NCBI GenBank assembly: GCA_963801165.1
Contig: CAWDDT010000003.1
Span: 147,350 to 211,349, forward strand
Length of the DNA stretch: 64,000 nucleotides
Direction of reading: 5' to 3'
Source of the DNA: an uncultured bacterium
Lineage (GTDB): Bacteria > Actinomycetota > Acidimicrobiia > Spongiisociales > UBA5794
Every line of letters begins with the position of its first letter. Position 1 is the stretch's first letter. Shown here piece after piece: positions 19,065 to 27,085 of the stretch. A model generated the notes under the pieces. The model was not told the origin of the DNA. It ran no database searches and saw only the letters and a program-made list of their open reading frames with translations. A program made the translations under genes and the position numbers.

Positions 19065-19139
19065 GGATGGATACCCGTCCAGAGATGAGGATGGATACCC
19101 GTCCAGAGATGAGGATGGATACCCGTCCAGAGACGAGGG
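19044..19139. repeat. Four-copy 24-bp tandem repeat (VNTR) spanning the Gfo stop codon
   Basis: TGGATACCCGTCCAGAGATGAGGA three times exactly plus one variant; no spacers. Confidence 0.95.
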
Positions 19140-19173
19140 ATGAAGACGTCCCTGCAGCGAACAGGAGGAGAAA

Positions 19174-20088
19174 GTGAAGCTGGGTCTACTGACTGCACCG
19201 TTCCCCGAGACACCACTCGAGGAGGTGGCCCGTTGGACTACAGACAACGGGTTCACCACCATCGAGATCGCCTGCTGGCCGGCGACGAGCGGCGATACCA
19301 GACGGTATGCGGGCACTAGCCACATCGACGTCGACGGCCTGACCGATGCACAGGCAGCCGACATCGTGGCCGGCATGACCGACAAGGGTCTCGAGATCTC
19401 GGGCCTCGGCTATTACCCCAATCCTCTCCACCCCGACGAGGAGCATGCCCGGATGGTGATCGATCACCTGAAGAAGGTGATTGCGGCCGCCGGGAAGATG
19501 CAGGTACCCGTTGTCAACACGTTCATCGGGGCCGACAGTGCGCTGACCCAGGACGAGAATTGGGAGAAGGCCACGAAGGTCTGGCCGGAGATCATCGCGG
19601 CTGCGCAGGACGCCGGCGTCAAAGTCGCCATCGAGAACTGCCCGATGATCTTCTCAAAAGACGAATGGCCGTCCGGTCACAACGTCGCATACAACCCGAA
19701 GATCTGGCGCCGCATGTTCGAGGAGTTCGGAGAGACGATCGGGCTCAACTTCGATCCGTCACATCTCGTCTGGCTGATGATCGACATCGAGGCCGCGATA
19801 TACGAATTCGGTGATCGGTTCTATCACTTCCAGGCCAAGGATGTGATGATCGACTACGACGGGCTCTACGAGAACGGTACGCTTTCTTCGGGGATGGGCT
19901 GGCAGGTCCCACGTCTCCCCGGTCTCGGCCACGTCGATTGGGGAGTCGTCTTCTCGGCTCTGTACCGCGTCGGATACGACGGCCCCATCATCATCGAGCA
20001 CGAGGACCGCGACTTCGAGGAGACCGACGAGTTGGTCAAGCGCGGCTTCCTGATCGCAAGGGACGTGCTCAGCCCGTACGTTCATTGA
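19174..20088 (+). CDS. Xylose-isomerase-like TIM-barrel sugar isomerase/epimerase/lyase (AP_endonuc_2 family)
   Basis: Metal-ligand motifs IENCPM, NFDPSHL, HFQAKD, RLPGLG and IEHED. Confidence 0.88.
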   Translation: MKLGLLTAPFPETPLEEVARWTTDNGFTTIEIACWPATSGDTRRYAGTSHIDVDGLTDAQAADIVAGMTDKGLEISGLGYYPNPLHPDEEHARMVIDHLKKVIAAAGKMQVPVVNTFIGADSALTQDENWEKATKVWPEIIAAAQDAGVKVAIENCPMIFSKDEWPSGHNVAYNPKIWRRMFEEFGETIGLNFDPSHLVWLMIDIEAAIYEFGDRFYHFQAKDVMIDYDGLYENGTLSSGMGWQVPRLPGLGHVDWGVVFSALYRVGYDGPIIIEHEDRDFEETDELVKRGFLIARDVLSPYVH

Positions 20089-20130
20089 AGACGGGCCGGG
20101 TCCCCGGTGATGACGTCTGGCGGCGGGTGA

Positions 20131-21237
20131 TCACGGCTCACCGTTGGTGAGGAAGTAACCGTAAGGGCTCGGGGCGGTTCCTGTTTGTCGCGGGGGCAAG
20201 TAGTAAGCCGAGTACAAGAGCGCGGTCAGCTCGTTGCGGGTACCCACGTTTGCCTTGCGATAGATTGCCTTGAGATGATCGTTCACCGTGTGCGGGGAGA
20301 TCCCGAGCGCGGCCGCGACCTGACCTGTGGTCCTTCCCGCCGCAACCCAGCCGGTGATGGTGCGCTCCCTGTCCGTTAGCTGGAGCGCACGCATGATCAA
20401 CTCGGCGAGCTGATTGGGGCGGGGCCGTTCGACGATGACACCAAAGCCGCCGTCTGTGCCCTTCATCGACGTGAGCTGGAAGCTCACCGGCCCTGCGTCC
20501 CCGACGGTGGTTGCAGATACGTTGCCGTCACCCGCCACGGCCGCCTGGAGTTGTCGTAGCACGACTCTGACCTGATCCTGAGCCAGCCCGTCGAGCAAAG
20601 CCTCAGCTGCTGCCGATGTGGCGACCATGTCACCGTCGGCCGATATGGAGAGCAACCCTGGTGGCTCGACCAGAAAAGGCGAGTCGAGCGCCGCCCGCAG
20701 CAGCGAGTTCCGGTACCCGCGAGCGAGCACAGATGATGCGGGGGCCGCCAGGGCCAGCGAGTCCCGATCGAAGGCCGGGCGTCCTTCCATCCGGTACATG
20801 GTCACCACGCCCCAGCTGGTTGTTCCGTCGCGCAGCACAAGACGCAGCTCGTCGAAGATCCCAAAAGGGGCGAGCAACTCGTCGTATCGGCGCACTTTGC
20901 CCGCAGGGTGTGGGACGAGCTGGCGCAACGCTCCCACCGGGCTGGGTTGGCCGGCCAGCAAGGGGTAGACGTTCGGCTCCTCGGTGTGGAACTCGAGTTC
21001 GAACAAGCGCATTTCCCGAGCGGCGTCGAACCCGCCATCGTCTCCGCCGCCATCGCCCGACCACACCGGAACACAGTGTGTGAACATCAGAGTGAGAGGA
21101 TCGATGGCACCCCAGATAGCGATGTCGTATCCGATTGCTCTGCGGAGCGTCTCATCGGCGCCATGCGCGAAGTCCGTGATGTCGCCGTGATGGCTTGATA
21201 GAGCGGCCAACTTGCGCTCGAGCAGGCCGGAATCCAT
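20131..21237 (-). CDS. LuxR-family regulator with N-terminal GAF-like sensor
   Basis: C-terminal LTDRERTI...GISPHTVNDHLKAIYRK HTH. Confidence 0.88.
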   Translation of the reverse strand: MDSGLLERKLAALSSHHGDITDFAHGADETLRRAIGYDIAIWGAIDPLTLMFTHCVPVWSGDGGGDDGGFDAAREMRLFELEFHTEEPNVYPLLAGQPSPVGALRQLVPHPAGKVRRYDELLAPFGIFDELRLVLRDGTTSWGVVTMYRMEGRPAFDRDSLALAAPASSVLARGYRNSLLRAALDSPFLVEPPGLLSISADGDMVATSAAAEALLDGLAQDQVRVVLRQLQAAVAGDGNVSATTVGDAGPVSFQLTSMKGTDGGFGVIVERPRPNQLAELIMRALQLTDRERTITGWVAAGRTTGQVAAALGISPHTVNDHLKAIYRKANVGTRNELTALLYSAYYLPPRQTGTAPSPYGYFLTNGEP

Positions 21238-21304
21238 GCAGCGGACTCTAACCCCCTCGAATTGGGGATGGGCGGACGAAGTGGGGGACCGTACCGTGTG
21301 CCAA

Positions 21305-21355
21305 GTCCATTGGAGGGAGTCGTCCAATGAAGGGAGTCGTCCAATGAAGGGAGTC
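21305..21355. repeat. Three-copy 17-bp tandem repeat containing the cupin RBS
   Basis: GTCCA(T/A)TG(G/A)AGGGAGTC three times, ending 5 bp before the GTG start. Confidence 0.9.
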
Positions 21356-21360
21356 GAAAA

Positions 21361-21852
21361 GTGTCAATCGATCTGAACCAGGCATCTCCGTATCACCTGG
21401 GGGCGAACTCGGGTGTCGATCACATGGAGGCGATGGGTGTCGAGATGCGATGGTTGGCTCGCAGCTCCGACACGGGTGGCCTGATCACTCTCGTGCAGTA
21501 CAAGGCCCCCGCCGGTTTCGGCGGACCAGGGCTGCATGTGCATACCGGGGAAGACGAGTTCTTCTACGTGCTGCGGGGCACGCTGAAGCTCCAGATTGGA
21601 GACAGCGGGATCGATCTCGGCGAGGGTGGTTTCGCATGGGGCCCGCGCAACGTTCCCCATTCATTCGCCAACCACACCGACGATGAAGCAGTTTTCCTGT
21701 TTGGTCTCACGCCCGGTGGTCTCGAAGCGATGTTTGCCGAGATGTTCTCGTATCTCAACGACGCCGGGGCGGACATGGACCCGGCCGAGCTGGTCGCGAT
21801 CAATCAGCGGCACGGAGTCGCAACTGTCGGACCTCCAATTGCCCGCAGCTGA
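21361..21852 (+). CDS. Cupin-domain protein (quercetin-dioxygenase-like)
   Basis: GLHVHTGEDEFFYVLRG and PRNVPHSF cupin motifs. Confidence 0.88.
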   Translation: MSIDLNQASPYHLGANSGVDHMEAMGVEMRWLARSSDTGGLITLVQYKAPAGFGGPGLHVHTGEDEFFYVLRGTLKLQIGDSGIDLGEGGFAWGPRNVPHSFANHTDDEAVFLFGLTPGGLEAMFAEMFSYLNDAGADMDPAELVAINQRHGVATVGPPIARS

Positions 21853-21887
21853 GCGGGGAGTGGGCGTTCCGGCGACGGCGGCATTGC

Positions 21888-23084
21888 TCAGCCGTCGGTG
21901 ACGAGATCGAAGATCTCGCCGGTGTCCTTGTGCGAGAGCATGAGCTTCACTCTCCCGTCGGGGAGGGTCTCCTGCTTGATAACGCCGTGCCCGTCGTGGG
22001 TCTCCGCTTTCCTGGCGATACGGGGGGTCGTCCCGCCCCGCCACTCGACTTCGACGGGCTCCCAGCGACCGGTGTCGACCGACTTGTATGCCGCATCCAT
22101 CACCGCGTTCACCACGTATCCGTCATAGAACGTTTCCCGGGGCGCCCGCCCCTCCTCCATTGCATCGAACATGTCGGTGAACATGTCGGTGTAACCCAAC
22201 TCGGCAATCTCGTCACCGACCGGGAACAGCCAGCCCTCGGTGGACTCCAGCTTTTCCGCGACGTAGCCCGCGCCGCCGCCGGAGGTGTAGATCTCGAGAC
22301 CGGTTCGCAGGAAGTGATTGAGCCAGATGGTCCCCTCGGTGCCGGCCACCTCGTCCCTGAGATCCATGCCACCCCGGAACGTCCATGAGACCTCGAACTG
22401 GCCGAGGGCGCCTGATTCGAACTTGATCAGCACGACGGCGTTGTCGTCGGCCTCGATGGGGTGGACCAACGTATCGGCCCACGCCATCACCGCGGTCGGG
22501 CGGTTGCCTTTGCCCACGAAGCTGCGGATGATCTCGATGCAGTGACACCCGAGGTCGACAATGGCGCCACCACCGGCCTTGTCCTTGTCCCAGAACCAGG
22601 CGCTGTGCGGACCCGGATGTGTCTCGCGTGATCTGACCCAGGTGACATCGCCGATGCTCCCGCTTCGAACCGATGCGACGGCCTTGAGGGTCTTCGGTGT
22701 GTAGCACAGGTCCTCGAGGTACCCGGCGAAGATGCCCGCAGCTTCCACCTTGTCCAGGATGCGCTTTGCCTCTTCCTTGTTGCGCGCCAGCGGTTTGGTG
22801 CAGAGCACGGGCTTGCCGGCATCGGCCACCAATCCGATGACCTCCTCGTGGAGGAAGTTGGGGAGACCGACGACCACGATGTCAACCTCTTTGTGGTTGA
22901 TGGCTTCTTCGATCGACGTGGTGTGGTCGGGAATACCCCACCGGTCGCTGAAAGCGCGGCCCCGCTCCTCCGATCTCGAGTAGGCGATACGGACCCGATC
23001 CCGGCTGCGCTGGCTGTGCAGAGTCATCGTGTAGAAGTCCCCGATGAGGCCTGTGCCGAGCATGGCTACGTTGTGTGATTGCAT
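21888..23084 (-). CDS. Gfo/Idh/MocA-family oxidoreductase
   Basis: [22 protein letters not shown]. Confidence 0.92.
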   Translation of the reverse strand: MQSHNVAMLGTGLIGDFYTMTLHSQRSRDRVRIAYSRSEERGRAFSDRWGIPDHTTSIEEAINHKEVDIVVVGLPNFLHEEVIGLVADAGKPVLCTKPLARNKEEAKRILDKVEAAGIFAGYLEDLCYTPKTLKAVASVRSGSIGDVTWVRSRETHPGPHSAWFWDKDKAGGGAIVDLGCHCIEIIRSFVGKGNRPTAVMAWADTLVHPIEADDNAVVLIKFESGALGQFEVSWTFRGGMDLRDEVAGTEGTIWLNHFLRTGLEIYTSGGGAGYVAEKLESTEGWLFPVGDEIAELGYTDMFTDMFDAMEEGRAPRETFYDGYVVNAVMDAAYKSVDTGRWEPVEVEWRGGTTPRIARKAETHDGHGVIKQETLPDGRVKLMLSHKDTGEIFDLVTDG

Positions 23085-23217
23085 CGATAACCCTCCAACT
23101 CCGATGCCAACACGCTAGTGGTCGACCACAGGCCGGGCGTCGCCGCGGGGAACGCCGGCCATGGATGCACCGCTATCGTCCTGCCAAGTGTCCGCCATCG
23201 GCGAAGAGAGGACTCCG

Positions 23218-24366
23218 ATGACTCCGCGCGAGCGTGTTCTGGCGACGATCAATCACAAGGAACCAGACCGGGTTCCGGTCTTCCTCGGGGTGAGCAACGC
23301 GACCGGGATCAAGATGAAGACCTACCGGGCAATCAAGGAGTTGATCGGTGTCGAGGCCGAGGATCGGTACCTCTACGACTGGCCCGAGTTGGGTTCTGCG
23401 CTCGTCGACGAGGAGACCATGGTCCGGCTCCACTCGGACGTGCGTGGTGTCCTGGATCTCGAGCCCGAGTCGGTTATGGAACGGAACCGCAATCGTGAGC
23501 CGCACAGCGACTACATCAACTCTTGGGGGTCCGGGGCAACGGAGGTCACCCCGGGGGAGTGGTACCCGTTGGTGGAGCCCCTTGCCGACGCGACTACGGT
23601 CGCTGAGATCGAGGAATACCCCTGGCCCGACATGAGCGACCCGACCCGCTACGCCCACGTTCCCGCCCGGGCCGCGGCCCTTGCCGAGCAGAACGAGTAC
23701 GCCATCGTTGCCACGCCGTGGCTGCTGTTCCCGTTCGAGCGTGCCTTTGCCATGCAGGGCATGGAGCGCTTCCTGCTCAACATGGCCATGAACCCCGAAT
23801 TCGCCGAAGCCCTGTTGTGGAAGATCGAAGAGCTCTGCAAGATCGGGATGGGCCATTTCCTCGAGGCGCTCGGTCCCAACGTCGACATCATCAAGATCGG
23901 TGACGACCTGGGCACCCAGGAGAGCCTGCTCATGTCACCGACCATGTACCGGAATGTGCTCAAACCGATCCACGCCGACTACATCGAGTTCATAAGGGAG
24001 CGAACCGACGCCAGGGTCATGTTCCACACCGACGGCGACGTGTTCCCGCTGATCGAGGATTTCATCGATATGGGTGTCGACATCCTCAACCCGATCCAGG
24101 CCGCAGGAAAGATGGCCAACACCGCGGCACTCCAAGAGCGGTACGGCGACGACATCGTCTTTTGCGGGGGCATCGACACGGGGCATGTTCTGCCGAGCGG
24201 TACACCCGGAGAGGTGCGTCAAGAGGTACGCCGGATCATCGAGACGCTCGGACCGGGCGGTGGCCTCATGATCGGTGCGGTCCACACCGTGATGAACGAC
24301 GTTCCGGCCGAGAACGTGCTGGCGATGGTCGATGCCGTCGAGGAGTTCGGGTACTACCCGTTGTAG
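23218..24366 (+). CDS. Uroporphyrinogen decarboxylase (URO-D)/MtbA-like family protein
   Basis: MTPRERVL...EPDRVP, GDDLGTQ, FHTDG, LNPIQ, GGIDT and VPAENV. Confidence 0.88.
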   Translation: MTPRERVLATINHKEPDRVPVFLGVSNATGIKMKTYRAIKELIGVEAEDRYLYDWPELGSALVDEETMVRLHSDVRGVLDLEPESVMERNRNREPHSDYINSWGSGATEVTPGEWYPLVEPLADATTVAEIEEYPWPDMSDPTRYAHVPARAAALAEQNEYAIVATPWLLFPFERAFAMQGMERFLLNMAMNPEFAEALLWKIEELCKIGMGHFLEALGPNVDIIKIGDDLGTQESLLMSPTMYRNVLKPIHADYIEFIRERTDARVMFHTDGDVFPLIEDFIDMGVDILNPIQAAGKMANTAALQERYGDDIVFCGGIDTGHVLPSGTPGEVRQEVRRIIETLGPGGGLMIGAVHTVMNDVPAENVLAMVDAVEEFGYYPL

Positions 24367-24383
24367 CGGTCCGTTCGGGTCGG

Positions 24384-25152
24384 TTAGGCGACCTCGGCGT
24401 GCTGCCACCAATGGATTGTGGCCCAGGCTGCAACCAGGGTTGTCACCGGAACGAGGAGCAGCTGAACCGTGGTGACATCCGATACCCCTTCCGCCCCGGC
24501 GACCGCATACAGGCCGGGTGCGGCGTAAGGAAACCAGGCACCGGTGCCGAGGGCCACCGCGACCTGGGCGAACATGGTCAACAGGATGAGCGCGCCTATC
24601 GCCGGCAGGTAGCCACGCCCGACACTGGCTACGTAACCGACGGTGAGCGCGATGACGGTCGTGAGCACCCCGGCCAGCTCGAGACGAGCGAGAGTGGTCG
24701 CCACGTCGATACCGTCGAGTGACCCGACCCGGGCGACGAGCCCCACCACCATGGCCGCAATGAGCAGCATCGTCGTCGAGCGCGGCGCCCCAGCCGAGGA
24801 GAACGAGGAACTTGGCGGTGGCGATGGAGCGGCGGGACACCGGAAGCGCGAACAGCGACGGGAACGTTCGATCGGCGTGCTCTCTACCGAACGCCCAGGC
24901 CACGACCACACCGGGACCGATGAACAGCGTCACGGCGATCATCTGGCCGAGCAGCCCGAGATACCCCTCCCAGCCTTCGCCGACACCCATAGCGCGGGCC
25001 TTGGCCGCAATGGCTCCCGCGGCGTCGCCGTTGGCCGCAGCCAGGAAGCCGAGACACAACAACGGGACGAGAACGACGATCAGCGCGGTCGTCACCAGAA
25101 CCACCGGCGAGCGGCGGAATTTGAGCAACTCGACGGCAGCTGCGCGCCTCAC
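24384..25152 (-). pseudogene. ABC-2 permease interrupted by a one-base frameshift near 24778 (real or sequencing error)
   Basis: The N-half (FGREHADRTFPSLFALPVSR) is in one frame and the hydrophobic C-half (TTMLLIAAM...WWQHAEVA) in another. Confidence 0.75.
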
Positions 25153-25883
25153 ACCGCACCCCGCGCCAGATCGATCCGGTAAACGTGGTCGAAGAACTGG
25201 CGCTCGAGATCGACGCCACCCGGGTCGAGATCGCCGACCACCTTGCCCCGGTGCAGCATGCTGATCCGGTCGGCGACTCTCGCCAGCTGATCGAGATGGT
25301 GACTCGATACCAGTACGGCGGCGCCCCTGCCCGCGGCCGTCCGGAGCATATCCCGGATGAAGACGACGCCGGCCGGGTCCAGAGCATTCGCCGGCTCATC
25401 GAGCACGAGGATCGCGGGTTGGTGGACCAGCGCCGATGCCAGGCCGAGTCGTTGCCGGTTGCCGAGCGACAGGGCTCGTGCCCGCTTGTGCTCCCAGCGC
25501 GCCAGCTCGAAGTCGCCGAGTACCGTGTCGATTGCCGCATCTATGCGGCTACGGTCGAGGCCGTGCAGCAGGGCGGCAGCATGCAGGTTCTCCCGTACGC
25601 TCAGCTCGGGGTAGGCGAAAGGGGTCTCGATGAGACACCCCACCCGCGCCCACGTATCGGAGGCGGCGGATGCCACCTCTCGCCCCTCGATGAGGGCGGC
25701 TCCCGAAGTCGGGGTGACCATGCCGAGGAGCATCCGCATCAATGTGGTCTTGCCGGCTCCGTTGAGACCGACGATGGCGTGGATCTCTCCGGCCAGGACG
25801 CGGAGGTCCACGCCATCGACGGCGCGGTCGTCGCCGTATAGCTTCGTCAGGGATCGGGCCTCGAGGCGGATCGAGTCATTCAT
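25149..25883 (-). CDS. ABC transporter ATP-binding protein (BcrA-like)
   Basis: GLNGAGKT, LSLGNRQR, LDEPANALD, SSH. Confidence 0.92.
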   Translation of the reverse strand: MNDSIRLEARSLTKLYGDDRAVDGVDLRVLAGEIHAIVGLNGAGKTTLMRMLLGMVTPTSGAALIEGREVASAASDTWARVGCLIETPFAYPELSVRENLHAAALLHGLDRSRIDAAIDTVLGDFELARWEHKRARALSLGNRQRLGLASALVHQPAILVLDEPANALDPAGVVFIRDMLRTAAGRGAAVLVSSHHLDQLARVADRISMLHRGKVVGDLDPGGVDLERQFFDHVYRIDLARGAV

Positions 25884-26436
25884 GTCTGGCTCCGAGCTCG
25901 AGTTGCTGCAGCGCAAAACGGACCATGTCCCCGAGAGTCCCGGAGTCGTCGTGCTCACCCCAGTCGATCAGCGCTGCCATCATCGCTCCCATCACGGCGC
26001 CGGTTGCTACCCGGGCTTCCAGGCCGGGCGCCCCTGTGGACTCGAGTGCGGCGACGATCACCTGCTCCGTCTTCCGGTTGTTTGCCCAGGCGTGGGCGAT
26101 GATGTCCTCGTGTCGGGTGAGGATCCGGAAGCGAGCCCGGGTCATCTCGTCGTCCGGTTCGTCGACGTGCTCCCACGCCTGCAACAACCCCAGTCTGATC
26201 CGTTCCAACGCCGGCAAGCAGCGATCGGTGGCGGCGACCATCTCACCGATGACCGGGTCGTAGGGGTCGTCGAGAAGGACCGACACCTTGGTGGGGAAAT
26301 GGCGGAAGAACGTCATGTGCGAGACCCCGGCGGCTGCTGCGATCTCCTCGACGGTGACCGCGTCATATCCCCGGGCCGAGAACAGCCTCACTGCTTCTTC
26401 CTGCAGACGTCTCCCGGTTTGTTCTGCACGTGTCAT
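25876..26436 (-). CDS. TetR-family regulator
   Basis: LFSARGYDAVTVEEIAAAAGVSHMTFFRHFPTK. Confidence 0.93.
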   Translation of the reverse strand: MTRAEQTGRRLQEEAVRLFSARGYDAVTVEEIAAAAGVSHMTFFRHFPTKVSVLLDDPYDPVIGEMVAATDRCLPALERIRLGLLQAWEHVDEPDDEMTRARFRILTRHEDIIAHAWANNRKTEQVIVAALESTGAPGLEARVATGAVMGAMMAALIDWGEHDDSGTLGDMVRFALQQLELGARHE

Positions 26437-26443
26437 GGCTCGA

Positions 26444-26460
26444 ATGTTAGTCACTAACAT
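26444..26460. promoter_or_regulatory. Perfect 8-1-8 palindrome, probable TetR operator
   Basis: ATGTTAGT-C-ACTAACAT, 7 bp upstream of the TetR start codon. Confidence 0.8.
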
Positions 26461-26579
26461 CACTGCGGAGCAATCGGGGACTGAGAGTCGGTCCGCTTGT
26501 TGTTGCGCAGGCTCACCCGGGCGGAACCTCCGCGAACGAATCGCGGCTGGGCCGAAGCCGGCCCAGCCGCGGCTCGGTG

Positions 26580-27047
26580 TCAGCTGCGACCTTCAGATGC
26601 TCCGTCCGCGTCGAGACGGTCGGCTCGCCGAAAGCCGGTGCAGACCAGGTCGATGTGTGCGATCCCGTGCTCTCCCACCTGCAGCACCGCCCGCTGCTCG
26701 ATGACGTGGCGTCCGCTGCCGTCTTCGAAGTTGCCCTCGTGGTGCCAGCCGGCGACGTACCTGTCTTCCACGAGGACCGGTGCCACCACCCTGCCCCAGG
26801 CGGCAAGGAGTCGGTCATACCAGAACTGGAAGTGCTCGACGGTCGCCCCGGCACCTTGCCACTCAACGAGACCGCGGGGGAGCAGAGCACGTACGGTGAC
26901 GTCGTCTGCGATCAACCGGCGGAGTCTGTCGTAGTCGCGTTCGGCGACGGCCGATGCAAAGTCTGTCGCTATCTCGCCCGGATCTTCTCTACGCCCAACC
27001 GGTCGATTGTCTAGGGAACAGGTTGGGCTCTCGGTTGCGGATTTCAT
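26580..27047 (-). CDS. SnoaL/NTF2-like protein
   Basis: FASAVAERDYDRLRRLIADDV and C-terminal IAHIDLVCTGF; GAGGAG RBS. Confidence 0.65.
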   Translation of the reverse strand: MKSATESPTCSLDNRPVGRREDPGEIATDFASAVAERDYDRLRRLIADDVTVRALLPRGLVEWQGAGATVEHFQFWYDRLLAAWGRVVAPVLVEDRYVAGWHHEGNFEDGSGRHVIEQRAVLQVGEHGIAHIDLVCTGFRRADRLDADGASEGRS

Positions 27048-27085
27048 GGTCGCTCCTCTCATGTCGACGGCGACTCTTGGTTTGA

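Noticed and set aside
19044-19139. Possible CRISPR array
   Set aside because: The units are directly adjacent with no unique spacers, and no cas genes are present.
23070-23100. Additional operator copy at the Gfo/URO-D divergent region (ATCGATAA)
   Set aside because: Only a half-site overlapping the start codon and RBS; too short to support.
23218-24366. True hemE or part of a corrinoid methyltransferase system
   Set aside because: No RQAGR motif, and no corrinoid protein or activator gene is nearby.
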